Shown: positions 10,169 through 20,305 of the stretch, piece after piece
Numbering within the stretch: position 1 is the stretch's first letter
Layout: every line of letters starts with the position of its first letter
NCBI GenBank assembly: GCA_036646055.1
Contig: JAVXMY010000003.1
Location: 45,780 to 109,779 of the forward strand
DNA from: Anaerovoracaceae bacterium
GTDB lineage: Bacteria; Bacillota; Clostridia; Peptostreptococcales; Anaerovoracaceae
DNA length: 64,000 nt
Direction of reading: 5' to 3'
Translations under genes and position numbers: made by a program
Notes under the pieces: generated by a model
What the model saw: the letters and a program-made list of their open reading frames with translations, nothing else
The model's database searches: none
What the model was told of the DNA's origin: nothing

Positions 10169-11041
10169 CTATTTAATAATTTGTTTTTTTAACAATTCAT
10201 TCATTTGCTCAACATAAGAATCATATCTAGATTTGTGTATTTCCCCTGCCTCTAAGGCCTTTAAAACTGCACAATTAGGTTCTTTCAAATGTCTGCAATT
10301 ATCATATTTACACTGTCCAATATATTTATCCATTTCTGGATAATAGAAATGTAATTGATCTACTTCTGCTTCTAGTACATCAAATGATGTAAATCCAGGA
10401 GTGTCGTAAATCATAGCTCCAAAGTCTGTATCAAATATTTCGACATGCCTTGTAGTGTGTTTACCTCTATTAGTTTTATTACTTATTTCTCCTGTTTCAA
10501 TATTTTCATTTTCATTTAGCCTATTGATTAAAGTTGATTTTCCTACACCTGAAGGTCCAGCAAATGCAACCTTGTTCCCATTTAAACTAGCTTTTAACTT
10601 ATCAATACCTATATTTTTTTTCCCACTAACAAAAACCATGTTGTATAAGCCACCATAAATCTTTGTTAATAACTCTATAGTCTTAGGGTCAGTAATGTCT
10701 GTTTTGTTAAAGCAAAGCAAAATTTCTGCACCACTTTTTTCTGCCATGACTAAAAATCTATCGATAATTCTAGGATTTGGATTAGGCATAGTACCAGCAA
10801 TAACAACTACAAACATATCTATATTTGATATTGGTGGTCTAATAAATTGATTCTTTCTCGGATAGATTTGATCAATTATACCATCTCCGTCCTCTAGAAC
10901 TTGAAACTCAACTTCATCCCCTACGTAGGGTAAAATACCTTTTTTCTTAAATATGCCACGGGCTTTACACTGGAATACTTCATTATTGCTGGTTTTTACA
11001 TAGTAAAAACCAGCAATACCTTTAACAATTAGTCCTTCCAT
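10169..11041 (-). CDS. rsgA: Ribosome small subunit-dependent GTPase A
   Basis: 290 aa with an OB fold, a circularly permuted GTPase (NKTDI, GPSGVGKSTLIN, DTPGF) and a C-terminal Zn knuckle (CKYDNCRHLKEPNCAV). Confidence 0.93.
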   Translation of the reverse strand: MEGLIVKGIAGFYYVKTSNNEVFQCKARGIFKKKGILPYVGDEVEFQVLEDGDGIIDQIYPRKNQFIRPPISNIDMFVVVIAGTMPNPNPRIIDRFLVMAEKSGAEILLCFNKTDITDPKTIELLTKIYGGLYNMVFVSGKKNIGIDKLKASLNGNKVAFAGPSGVGKSTLINRLNENENIETGEISNKTNRGKHTTRHVEIFDTDFGAMIYDTPGFTSFDVLEAEVDQLHFYYPEMDKYIGQCKYDNCRHLKEPNCAVLKALEAGEIHKSRYDSYVEQMNELLKKQIIK

Positions 11042-12966
11042 CAGCCAACATCCCCTGCTGAGAAATCAACCCTCTTCTGCATAACAGTTTCATCATCGAA
11101 TATTACAGTTATAGTTCCTTTACCTGTCCCTTTAATCTTAATATTCTCTCCACCATTAGCCTTTTTCTTTTGATCTCTAGTAATAATATTTCTAGTTCCA
11201 TTATCGTCTGATACAGTAACTGTCATATAGAAAACATCTTCCTTAGCGGCGCTAAAATCTACATAGAAATCTAATGTTGATGACTGACCTTGACTTATTC
11301 TAATATTAATTGCAGATCCCTTCTCAAGTTTAGTTCCACTGTTATATTGCTGCCACATTATTTCGCCTTCGCCGTAAGTGTCACTAACACCATAGCTAAC
11401 TTTGCCTAGCTTGAAACCTTCATTTTTAAGAGATGTTTTAGCATCTCCCAAAGTCATTCCTAATAAATTCGGAACAGCACTTTCTTCTTTTCCTTCTCCA
11501 TCACTTACTTCAATGTTAATTATGTTATCCTTTGCTGCCTCTGAACCAGCAGTTGGATCTTGTTTAATTACTGTGTCTTTTGGTTCTTCACCTTTAACAA
11601 CTTTAATTTCTCCTAGTTTATATCCAAATTCTTCAATTATTCTTTTAGCTTCATCCTTAGTTTTACCTACCAAATTTGGAACAACACCTTTATCTGCGCC
11701 TTTAGAAATATTAACCGTTACAGTTTGGCCTTTTCTCGCCATTTGTCCGTCGTCAGGATCTTGAGCACAAACAGTTTCTATCTTATACTCCTTATCGTAT
11801 ACGTATTCACCAATTTCCATTTCTAATTTAGCATCTTCCAAAGTTTTTTCAGCCTCTTCATAAGTCATACCTTTTACATCTGGAACTTTAATATCTTTAG
11901 GACCAAAAAGTCCGAAAGCAAAACCCACACCTACAAGAGCACCAATAATTGCAATTACAGCAATAGGAATTATTATTTTTAATTTACTCTTCTTCTTTCG
12001 TTTAGGAGCTTTATTCTTTTTAGGTTTATAATCTTCGTAGTCTTCTATAAAATCATCATTATCAAAATCTTTTAAGAAGTCATCTTCCTTTTGTTTGTAA
12101 TTTTCCTTATTACCCTCATACATAGATGCTCCAACAACTCTTCCTACAAGTTGCAAATTATCAAATGCGCTTATCATTTCATCTGCTGATTTAAATCTAT
12201 TGTTTGGATACTTGTCTGTAGCCTTTAACACAATTTTTTCTAACTGAGGCGGAATTCCTCTAACAAAAGTTGATGGTGGCGTAATAGGTTCATTAATCTG
12301 CATTAATGCTATTGTCACAGGATTGTCTCCATCAAAAGGAACCTTACCTGTAAGCATTTCAAAAATTACAATACCTAAAGAGTAAATATCAGATTTCTCA
12401 TCAACATTATTCCCCTTAGCCTGTTCTGGAGAAAAGTAGTGAACTGATCCCATTACCCTGTCATTTGTTTTGTCTACAATAGTAGTATGGGAAACAGCTC
12501 TAGCTATACCAAAATCTGTGATTTTAGCTATTCCATCTTCCGTAATTAAAATATTATGAGGCTTTACATCTCTATGAACAATACCGCTCTTATGGGCTGC
12601 CGATAAACCTGCTGCTATTTGCTTAGCAATATCAATAACCTCTTTATAATTCATTGGAGCTTCTCTATTAATAACTTCGCTTAAAGTTGCCCCTGTAACT
12701 AATTCCATTACAATGTAGTGAATATTTCCTTCTCTACCTACATCAAAAATGCTAACAATATTTGGATGAGAAAGACTTGCCGCAGCATGTGACTCTCTTC
12801 TAAAACTTTCAACTAACTTTTCATCATTTATAAATTCTGGTTTAAGTATTTTTATGGCAACAAATCTTTTTAAAAGTTTACATTTAGCCTTGTAGACAAT
12901 GGCCATTCCGCCATCACCAATTTTCTCTATAAGTTCATATCTACCAGCAATTACATTATTATTCAT
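11041..12966 (-). CDS. prkC: Ser/Thr protein kinase with three PASTA repeats (PrkC/PknB type)
   Basis: 641 aa with a Hanks kinase domain (GDGGMAIVYKA, HRDVKPHNIL, DFGIA), a TM segment, three PASTA units (VPDVKG.., VPNLVG.., VPNLLG..) and a beta-rich tail. Confidence 0.93.
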   Translation of the reverse strand: MNNNVIAGRYELIEKIGDGGMAIVYKAKCKLLKRFVAIKILKPEFINDEKLVESFRRESHAAASLSHPNIVSIFDVGREGNIHYIVMELVTGATLSEVINREAPMNYKEVIDIAKQIAAGLSAAHKSGIVHRDVKPHNILITEDGIAKITDFGIARAVSHTTIVDKTNDRVMGSVHYFSPEQAKGNNVDEKSDIYSLGIVIFEMLTGKVPFDGDNPVTIALMQINEPITPPSTFVRGIPPQLEKIVLKATDKYPNNRFKSADEMISAFDNLQLVGRVVGASMYEGNKENYKQKEDDFLKDFDNDDFIEDYEDYKPKKNKAPKRKKKSKLKIIIPIAVIAIIGALVGVGFAFGLFGPKDIKVPDVKGMTYEEAEKTLEDAKLEMEIGEYVYDKEYKIETVCAQDPDDGQMARKGQTVTVNISKGADKGVVPNLVGKTKDEAKRIIEEFGYKLGEIKVVKGEEPKDTVIKQDPTAGSEAAKDNIINIEVSDGEGKEESAVPNLLGMTLGDAKTSLKNEGFKLGKVSYGVSDTYGEGEIMWQQYNSGTKLEKGSAINIRISQGQSSTLDFYVDFSAAKEDVFYMTVTVSDDNGTRNIITRDQKKKANGGENIKIKGTGKGTITVIFDDETVMQKRVDFSAGDVG

Positions 12967-13708
12967 TCTGGTTACCTCCCTTTACTGTAATACATACTGC
13001 AGTAACGTTATCTTTTCCTCCAGCTTCATTGGCAATTTCTATAAGTTTATTTGCCAACTTAGTCATGTTTTTTTCTTCAATAATATTCTTTAAGATAACA
13101 TCATCCTGGATTTCACCATATAGGCCATCAGTGCAAAGTAAAATAACATCATCCTTCTCAATACCAATCTTAAAAAAATCCATATCTGCAGTAGGTTCCG
13201 CACCAACCGCCTTAGTAATCATATGATTTTCTTCATGATCTCTTGCCTCTTCTTTAGTAATTGCGCCTTGCTTAACCAAAGAATTCACATAGGTATGGTC
13301 TTCTGTAATTTGATATATTTCTTCATCTCTACAGATGTAAGCTCTACTGTCACCAATGTTGATGACAAAAAGGGTTTTTCCCAAAATATACGCAACAACA
13401 AGCGTCGTAGCCATACCATGATATTCGCTATTTGATTTAGCTTTTTCCCTTATTTGTAAATTGGCTTCATCAATTGCCCTCTTAAAAAGCCAACCAATTT
13501 CCTCTTTTTTGTTTAACTGGTCCAAATTGTTTTTACTAATGTACTCAGAAACAATATCTACCGCCATTTTGCTGGCTTTTTCTCCCCCGTTGTTTCCGCC
13601 TACACCATCTGCAACCATATAAACACCTTTAGTCCTCATAACTAAATAAGAATCTTCATTATTGCTCCTTATCTTTCCGCTATGAGTCTTATATCCAACT
13701 TCCGTCAT
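12959..13708 (-). CDS. stp: PP2C-family Ser/Thr phosphatase (Stp/PrpC)
   Basis: 249 aa with NEDSY, VADGVGG, GDSRAY, CTDGL and GGKDNVT. It overlaps the prkC start by 8 nt. Confidence 0.9.
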   Translation of the reverse strand: MTEVGYKTHSGKIRSNNEDSYLVMRTKGVYMVADGVGGNNGGEKASKMAVDIVSEYISKNNLDQLNKKEEIGWLFKRAIDEANLQIREKAKSNSEYHGMATTLVVAYILGKTLFVINIGDSRAYICRDEEIYQITEDHTYVNSLVKQGAITKEEARDHEENHMITKAVGAEPTADMDFFKIGIEKDDVILLCTDGLYGEIQDDVILKNIIEEKNMTKLANKLIEIANEAGGKDNVTAVCITVKGGNQNE

Positions 13709-13732
13709 TAATTGATACCTCTTTCAAAAGCA

Positions 13733-15019
13733 TTAAACTCTAACCATTTTACACATATAAAATCCGTCTACCCCTTCTATATTGGGTAACACTTGCCTAG
13801 ACTCAATCATTTTGAAGGATGTATTTTTCCTTAAAAACTCTCCTACTACTTTTCTATTTTCATTAGGATTAATAGTACACGTACTATATACTAAAACCCC
13901 GTCCTTTTTCACATAAGCAGCAGCATTAGTAAGTATTAAAAGTTGTTTTTTTGGTAATTCTTTTAATGCTCCATTATCCTTAATATATTTAATTTCAGGC
14001 TTTCTCCTGATAACTCCAAGTCCAGAACATGGTGCATCAACAATAACTTTGTCCGCCATATCACATTTAGTAGAGTCAAGTTTAGTTGCATCCCATGTGT
14101 TTGTAACAACATTGGTTAAGCCAAGTCTTTCTGCATTACTTGAAATAACTTCAACTTTGCGCCTGTATACATCTCTAGCTAGCACCTTGCCTTTGTTGTC
14201 CATTTTTTCAGCAGCAGCCAAGGCCTTGCCTCCAGGCGCCGCACAAACATCTATTACCAAGTCTCCTGGTTTAGGATCTAATAATTTAACAACCATTTGT
14301 GATGCTTCATCTTGAATAGAAAACATGCCGTCAATGTACTGTTTAGTTTCAAGTAAACCTTCTCCTTTAACACTTAATGCAGTATCTGTAAATTTACCTT
14401 GTTCAACTTCAAAGCCTCTGTCTTTTAATATGTTAATCAAGTCTTCTTTTCTAACCTTAGTGGTGTTAACTCTAATATTTACACTTGGAGTTTCATTACC
14501 TGCTGATAATAATTCTTCAACAAAATTTATATTGTATTCTTCTAACCATAATTTAATTATCCAAGGTTCATATGAATATTTTACAGATAAATATTTAATT
14601 ATGTCCTTTGCCTTATCTTCATCAGTTAAGTCAAAGGTACCTCTTTTGCTTAAAAAACTTCTAAGTACTCCATTTACAAATTTATCTCTACCTTTTGCAT
14701 ACCTTTTGGCAAGTAGCACACTTTCGTTTACCGCCGCATAATCTGGTACAGAGTTCATTCTATCAATTTGATAAATCCCCATCCTCAGTATTGTAAGATC
14801 TTCTTTTTTCATTTTAGATACATCTTTTGGAATCAATTGATCAATTACATAATCTAATAGATATTTATTTTCTAAAACACCATAAACAAGTTCACGAACA
14901 AAGCCTGGTGAACTTGGTTTGCTAAACGCAATATGATTATTTAATGCAATATTTGAATATTGCTTTTTTGTTTCAATATCTAGCAACGTATTATATGCTG
15001 TGCGTCTGTTTATATCCAT
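13733..15019 (-). CDS. rsmB: 16S rRNA (cytosine967-C5)-methyltransferase
   Basis: 428 aa with a NusB-like N-domain and a SAM methyltransferase domain (DVCAAPGGK, DAPCSGLGVIRRKPE, YSTCT). Confidence 0.92.
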   Translation of the reverse strand: MDINRRTAYNTLLDIETKKQYSNIALNNHIAFSKPSSPGFVRELVYGVLENKYLLDYVIDQLIPKDVSKMKKEDLTILRMGIYQIDRMNSVPDYAAVNESVLLAKRYAKGRDKFVNGVLRSFLSKRGTFDLTDEDKAKDIIKYLSVKYSYEPWIIKLWLEEYNINFVEELLSAGNETPSVNIRVNTTKVRKEDLINILKDRGFEVEQGKFTDTALSVKGEGLLETKQYIDGMFSIQDEASQMVVKLLDPKPGDLVIDVCAAPGGKALAAAEKMDNKGKVLARDVYRRKVEVISSNAERLGLTNVVTNTWDATKLDSTKCDMADKVIVDAPCSGLGVIRRKPEIKYIKDNGALKELPKKQLLILTNAAAYVKKDGVLVYSTCTINPNENRKVVGEFLRKNTSFKMIESRQVLPNIEGVDGFYMCKMVRV

Positions 15020-15071
15020 AATGTCCTCTTAATTCTTAATCAGCAAATAAAATAATTTTTATCCTTATATT

Positions 15072-16001
15072 TTACCCTAAAACAGATAAAATTTCAATGT
15101 TATTACCACGCAAGAAGTCTTTTACTGTCATTCTTTTTTTGCCTTGCATCTGTATAATCTTTGCAACCAAATAATTTTTTGAAGTCGCAATATAAATTCC
15201 ATCCTCTGAAATTCTACTAATTGTGCCTGGTTTTTCCTTAACAGTCCCCTCTTCAACATCAGCTTCCCAAATTTTGAAAACCTTTCCATCATAATTAGTA
15301 TAACTTCCTGGCCAAGGAGCAAATCCTCTAATTCTACGCTCTATTTCTTCAGCAGACTTAGTAAAATCAATCTCTCCATCTTTCTTAAAAATCATTTCAG
15401 CATAAACCGCCAAATTATCCTCTTGCTTCTCTGGAGTAATAGAGCCATCTTCAATGGCTTCTAGCTTATCTACCAGTAAATCTCCGCCTAAAATTGATAA
15501 TTCATCATGCAAGTCTCCTGCTGTTTTTTTACCAATTTCAGTTGTAGCAACTGCTAGAATATCTCCTGTATCAAGGCCCTCTTCCATTAGCATTAAAGTT
15601 ATACCCGTTAACTTATCCCCTGCAATAATAGACCTTTGTATCGGTGCCGCACCTCTCCATCTAGGCAAAATAGAACCATGAATATTAATACATCCCTTAG
15701 GAGGTATTTCTAATATTTCCTTTGGCAAAATCTTGCCATAAGCAGCAACAACAATTAAATCCGGCTCATATGCCTTTAATAAATTATAAAATTCATCATT
15801 ACCTTTAATTCTTTCAGGTTGCAAAACTTCTATACCAAGTTCAGTGGCCTTTTCCTTAACAGGAGTTGGTTTAAGTTTTTTTCCTCTATCTTTTGCAGCA
15901 TCTGGTTGGGTAACAACGTATCCCACCTCTTGCCCAGCTTCAACTAACTTCTGTAGTGCTGGAACTGCAAAATCGGGAGTACCCATATATACAATCTTCA
16001 T
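15072..16001 (-). CDS. fmt: Methionyl-tRNA formyltransferase
   Basis: 309 aa with MGTPDFAVP, INIHGSILPRWRGAAPIQ and a C-terminal OB-like domain. Confidence 0.95.
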   Translation of the reverse strand: MKIVYMGTPDFAVPALQKLVEAGQEVGYVVTQPDAAKDRGKKLKPTPVKEKATELGIEVLQPERIKGNDEFYNLLKAYEPDLIVVAAYGKILPKEILEIPPKGCINIHGSILPRWRGAAPIQRSIIAGDKLTGITLMLMEEGLDTGDILAVATTEIGKKTAGDLHDELSILGGDLLVDKLEAIEDGSITPEKQEDNLAVYAEMIFKKDGEIDFTKSAEEIERRIRGFAPWPGSYTNYDGKVFKIWEADVEEGTVKEKPGTISRISEDGIYIATSKNYLVAKIIQMQGKKRMTVKDFLRGNNIEILSVLG

Positions 16002-16023
16002 AGTTTATTACTCCTCTTTGTTA

Positions 16024-16491
16024 TTATTCGTCCATATCCACATTTCTGATATTTGTCGCTTTATCAACAAATAAAATGCCATTTAAGTGATCCACTTCAT
16101 GTGATACTACAATAGCTGAGAAACCAACAAGTTCCTCTTCAATTGCCTCACCTTTTCTATTCATGTATTTAACTTTAACCCTTTCAGGTCTTTCTACATC
16201 ACCTAAAACCCCTGGAACACTAAGACACCCTTCGCAGCTCATTGTAGAACCTTCAGCTTGAATAATTTCCGGGTTAATAAGTTCAGTAATTTGACCTTCT
16301 TCTGGTTCAATAACGCAAATTCTTCTAGCAATGCCCACCTGAGGAGCTGCAATGCCAACACCCTTTTCTAACCTCATAGTTTCAGTCATATCATCTAGCA
16401 ATGTAATAATTCTATCGTTAATCTCTGTAACTTCTCTACAGTTTCTTGCCAATACATCATCACCTTTTGTAACTACATTTCTTAATGCCAT
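16024..16491 (-). CDS. def: Peptide deformylase
   Basis: Motifs GIAAPQVG, EGCLS and HEVDHLNG are present. The ORF is open from 16521, but the ATG at 16491 (MALRNVV) has GGAGG 7 nt upstream and begins just after the priA stop. Confidence 0.93.
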   Translation of the reverse strand: MALRNVVTKGDDVLARNCREVTEINDRIITLLDDMTETMRLEKGVGIAAPQVGIARRICVIEPEEGQITELINPEIIQAEGSTMSCEGCLSVPGVLGDVERPERVKVKYMNRKGEAIEEELVGFSAIVVSHEVDHLNGILFVDKATNIRNVDMDE

Positions 16492-16492
16492 T

Positions 16493-18502
16493 TTAGTTCC
16501 TCCAAATTTTATAGGGATCAATATCCACCGTTAAACTTATATTATATCTTTTCTTCACAATGTCAGCCTTAATACCCTTTAATGCCGTCATTACTACATT
16601 CTTCTCTTTAATCGTACATTTTATTAAAATATACGTCTTATACCTTTTAACTTTGGTATCTTCTTTAATTTCATTACGAATCCCAACAACACCATCATCT
16701 ATATTCTTGTCAATAAAATCCCGAATAATAGATATCACATGATTCAAGTTCTTTGTTTCCTTAGAAATCAAACTTACCTGAACAAGATGTCCAAAGGGAG
16801 GGTAATCCATTAACTGCCTGTAACCTATCTCTTTTTTATAAAAATCCATATAGTCCTTATTACAGGCCGCTTTAATTGCATAGTTATCCTTCATATACGT
16901 TTGAACCACAACCTGCCCAACCAAATCTCCTCTTCCAGCTCTCCCAGCAACCTGAGTAATTAACTGATAAGTTCTCTCTGCCGATCTGTAATCAGGAATG
17001 TTTAAGGTAACATCTGCCGCAACAATACCAACAAGGCCTACATTTTTAAAATCCAAACCCTTAGCTACAAGCTGAGTCCCAATCAAAATATTTGTCTTGC
17101 CTTTGGCAAAATTGTTTAAAATTTTATTTAAACTTCCCTTTGTTTTTATGGTATCTAATTCTAATCTATCTATAGAGTATTCGCCAAAAAGCTTTTCCGC
17201 TTCTTCTGCAATTTTCTCTGTACCAGTTCCAAAATACCTGATATATTTACTTCCGCATTTAGGGCAAAGACGGGGTACATCATAAGCCTTGCCGCAATAA
17301 TGACATTTCAATTTGCTATCGCCCTTATGATAAGTCAAGGAAATATCACAGTCATCACACTTTAAAACATGTCCACAATCCCTGCAAGAAACAAATGTAG
17401 AAAACCCCCTTCTATTTAAAAATAAAATAACTTGTTTATTTTCTTCAAGAGTCTTCTTAATTTCATCATAAAGCCTTCTACTAAACACCGATCTATTGCC
17501 TAAGCGAAGTTCATCTCCCATATCAACAATTTCAATATTAGGCAGTTGAACCTTATTATATCTCTCCGTCAAAGTCAGTCTTTGGTAAATCCCCTGGTTA
17601 GCCCTAAAACTAGTAACTACCGAAGGTGTTGCAGTTCCTAAAACTATACATCCATTATATGCCTTAGCTCGCTTTATTGCTATTTCAATAGTGTCATATT
17701 TTGGCGTCATATCAGATTTATAAGTAGTTTCATGTTCCTCATCTAAAATTATAAGTCCAATATCCTTAATAGGTGCGAAAACCGCTGATCTTGCACCAAT
17801 AACAATTCTAGCCTTACCCTTGCTAATTCTTTGCCATTCGTCGTATCTCTCCCCTAAAGTCAAGCTACTATGTAAAACCGCCAAAGTATCTCTGCCGAAC
17901 CTTTCAACAAATCTATCTATAATTTGTTTAGTCAAAGTAATTTCCGGAACAAGCATAATTGCCGTCTTGCCCATACTAAGGGCCTGACTTATTGCTCTCA
18001 TGTAAACCTCTGTCTTGCCACTACCAGTTACACCCTCTAGCAAAAACCGCGCTGAGCGATTTTTTCCCATGGCGTCAGTTATTTCCCCTAATGCAGTTTC
18101 TTGTTCTTTTGTAAGTTTAAGAATATTTTGTTTTTCTCCAACTACTTCTTTGAGAGGGTCTGCTGTTTTTCTGGTTTTAGCCTTCTTGCCAGATGGCAGG
18201 AATAAATTTATACAATCAATATATCTGCACAAATATCGTTCTTTCATGAATTTACATGTTTCTATTATTTCCAATGTTAGCGCCACGTCTTGATCTATTG
18301 ATTCAACAAACTTAAGTCCTGGAATTTCTTTTTCCAAAGTATCGTAAACATTAAATATATAGGCTGCCTTAATTTTATTTCCCTTGCCAAAGGGTACGTA
18401 AACCTTCTGGCCTTTCTCCACCTGGTCAAACTCTGAACCATAGGTGAAGAAACAGTCAGTATTGTCGTTTTTATTATCAATAACAAGGTCTACATATTTC
18501 AT
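16493..18502 (-). CDS. priA: Primosomal replication restart helicase PriA
   Basis: 669 aa with Walker A GVTGSGKTEVY, DEEH, a Cys-rich Zn insertion (CRDCGHVLKCDDCDISLTYH..CHYCG..CPKCGS) and GRAGR. Confidence 0.93.
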   Translation of the reverse strand: MKYVDLVIDNKNDNTDCFFTYGSEFDQVEKGQKVYVPFGKGNKIKAAYIFNVYDTLEKEIPGLKFVESIDQDVALTLEIIETCKFMKERYLCRYIDCINLFLPSGKKAKTRKTADPLKEVVGEKQNILKLTKEQETALGEITDAMGKNRSARFLLEGVTGSGKTEVYMRAISQALSMGKTAIMLVPEITLTKQIIDRFVERFGRDTLAVLHSSLTLGERYDEWQRISKGKARIVIGARSAVFAPIKDIGLIILDEEHETTYKSDMTPKYDTIEIAIKRAKAYNGCIVLGTATPSVVTSFRANQGIYQRLTLTERYNKVQLPNIEIVDMGDELRLGNRSVFSRRLYDEIKKTLEENKQVILFLNRRGFSTFVSCRDCGHVLKCDDCDISLTYHKGDSKLKCHYCGKAYDVPRLCPKCGSKYIRYFGTGTEKIAEEAEKLFGEYSIDRLELDTIKTKGSLNKILNNFAKGKTNILIGTQLVAKGLDFKNVGLVGIVAADVTLNIPDYRSAERTYQLITQVAGRAGRGDLVGQVVVQTYMKDNYAIKAACNKDYMDFYKKEIGYRQLMDYPPFGHLVQVSLISKETKNLNHVISIIRDFIDKNIDDGVVGIRNEIKEDTKVKRYKTYILIKCTIKEKNVVMTALKGIKADIVKKRYNISLTVDIDPYKIWRN

Positions 18503-18516
18503 TTTTAATCCTTTTT

Positions 18517-19527
18517 TTATAGTAAGAAAATATCATTTTCCATACAAGTCTCTATCATAGTATCTGGCCAAACAGAAACTTGTACTTCACCAATGTGTGC
18601 TTTTCTTAGGAAGAACATACAAAGTCTGCTCTGTCCAATGCCTCCACCAATAGTGTAAGGTAATTCGCCATTTAAAATAGCTCTGTGAAATGGTAGTTCT
18701 GTTCTATCCATATTCTCTGACGCTTTAAGTTGATCTAGCATTGACTTTTCATCAACTCTAATACCCATAGATGAAATTTCAAATGCATGGTCTAAAATAT
18801 CATCCCATAAAATAATATCCCCATTTAATTCCCAATCGTCATAGTCTGGAGCTCTTCCATCATGTTTTTCACCAGAAATTAGTACTTTACCGATTTTAGA
18901 AATAAAAACTGCTCTTTTTTCCTTACAAATAGCATCTTCTCTTTCTTTTGGTTCAAGATCTGGATACATGTCTTCTAATTCCTGAGATGTTATATAAAAA
19001 ATCTCGTTTGGGAGATCTGTTTTAAGTTCCGGATAATGTCTATTTACAAAATCCCCTAGATTCTTAATAGCGTTATAAAGTTTGTTAACAACGTCAATTA
19101 AGTAATTTTCAGTACGATCAGCTGATCTAATAACTTTTTCCCAATCCCACTGGTCAACATAAATTGAGTGAATATTATCTAGTTCTTCGTCTCTTCTAAT
19201 TGCGTTCATATCAGTATATAATCCATGGCCTGGTTGTATATTATACTTTCCTAGTGCCATACGTTTCCATTTGGCAAGTGACTGTACAATTTCAACACCC
19301 TGGTCATCCATATCCTTAACTGTAAAAGAAACTGTTCTTTCAACTCCACTAAGATTATCGTTTAATCCGCTTTCTGGTGTTACAAAAAGTGGTGCTGATA
19401 CACGTCTAAGGTTTAATCCATATGCAAGTTCTTGCTGAAAAAAGTCCTTAATTTTTTTGATAGCTCTTTGACTTTCCATATAGTCAATTACTGGCGTATA
19501 GCCTACTGGTAATATTAAGTTTGACAT
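18517..19527 (-). CDS. asnA: Aspartate--ammonia ligase (asparagine synthetase A)
   Basis: 336 aa and class-II aaRS-like, with AIRRDE, DWEKVI and GGGIGQSRLCMF. Confidence 0.92.
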   Translation of the reverse strand: MSNLILPVGYTPVIDYMESQRAIKKIKDFFQQELAYGLNLRRVSAPLFVTPESGLNDNLSGVERTVSFTVKDMDDQGVEIVQSLAKWKRMALGKYNIQPGHGLYTDMNAIRRDEELDNIHSIYVDQWDWEKVIRSADRTENYLIDVVNKLYNAIKNLGDFVNRHYPELKTDLPNEIFYITSQELEDMYPDLEPKEREDAICKEKRAVFISKIGKVLISGEKHDGRAPDYDDWELNGDIILWDDILDHAFEISSMGIRVDEKSMLDQLKASENMDRTELPFHRAILNGELPYTIGGGIGQSRLCMFFLRKAHIGEVQVSVWPDTMIETCMENDIFLL

Positions 19528-19541
19528 TCTATTCTTCTCCT

Positions 19542-20174
19542 TTATTTATCCCATACAGAGTATTGACACCCGCAATAATTCTGTCTATATAACTTAAATT
19601 TTTTTGATAATTCTATGCTTCTTTGAAATCCGGCTTTCTTTTTAAAGTCTTCATTTAAGAAAGTTACGCCATATTTAGCGCCTATTACATTTCCTATTTG
19701 TCCTATTTGCAAGTAGTTCTTATGGGGGCTAACCGTTAAGGTTGTCCCAAAAAAATCATATTTTTCGATGTTAGCGATTTCTGCTGTTTTTATAAGCCTA
19801 AGATTAAAACACTTAGTGCACCTGTTGCCGCCCTCTTTTTCTTCTTCTAGGCCTTTAGCCATTAGGTAAAAGTTTTCAGGATCATAAGGACCTTCCTTAT
19901 ATCCAACTTTACCTTGGCTTGATTCCTTATTAAACTCTTTTACTGCAAGAATCTGACTATCTCTTCTCCTAATATATTCTTCTTCATCTGTAATATTAGG
20001 ATTATAAAAATAAATTGTAACCTGAAATCTTGACACCAATCTTTCCATAACTGCAGTACTACATGGACCGCAACAACTGTGGAGTAAAATTGAAGGTTTA
20101 CTGATCTCAAGTTTGTTATCTACGTTAATAACTCTATGCTTATTTAAAATATTTAATTGATTTAAATTCTCCAT
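19542..20174 (-). CDS. queH: Epoxyqueuosine reductase QueH (DUF208)
   Basis: Motifs LLHSCCGPCS, CTKCFNLRL and YRQNYCGCQYS are present. The ORF is open from a GTG at 20189. The ATG at 20174 (MENLNQ) is preceded by GAGG. Confidence 0.85.
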   Translation of the reverse strand: MENLNQLNILNKHRVINVDNKLEISKPSILLHSCCGPCSTAVMERLVSRFQVTIYFYNPNITDEEEYIRRRDSQILAVKEFNKESSQGKVGYKEGPYDPENFYLMAKGLEEEKEGGNRCTKCFNLRLIKTAEIANIEKYDFFGTTLTVSPHKNYLQIGQIGNVIGAKYGVTFLNEDFKKKAGFQRSIELSKKFKLYRQNYCGCQYSVWDK

Positions 20175-20305
20175 AAAACAAGACCTCACACTATTTTTTA
20201 ACCTATTTTTACAAGTTAATATTATAACATATTTGATGCTAAATAACTATATATATGTTATTCTATTTATAGAAAAGCGCAATATTTTATTAGGAAGGCA
20301 TGACC

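Noticed and set aside
16030-16045. DnaA-box-like ATATCCACA, with a similar ATATCCACC near 16526.
   Set aside because: These are isolated imperfect boxes inside coding sequence, with no cluster and no AT-rich unwinding element. This is not an origin.
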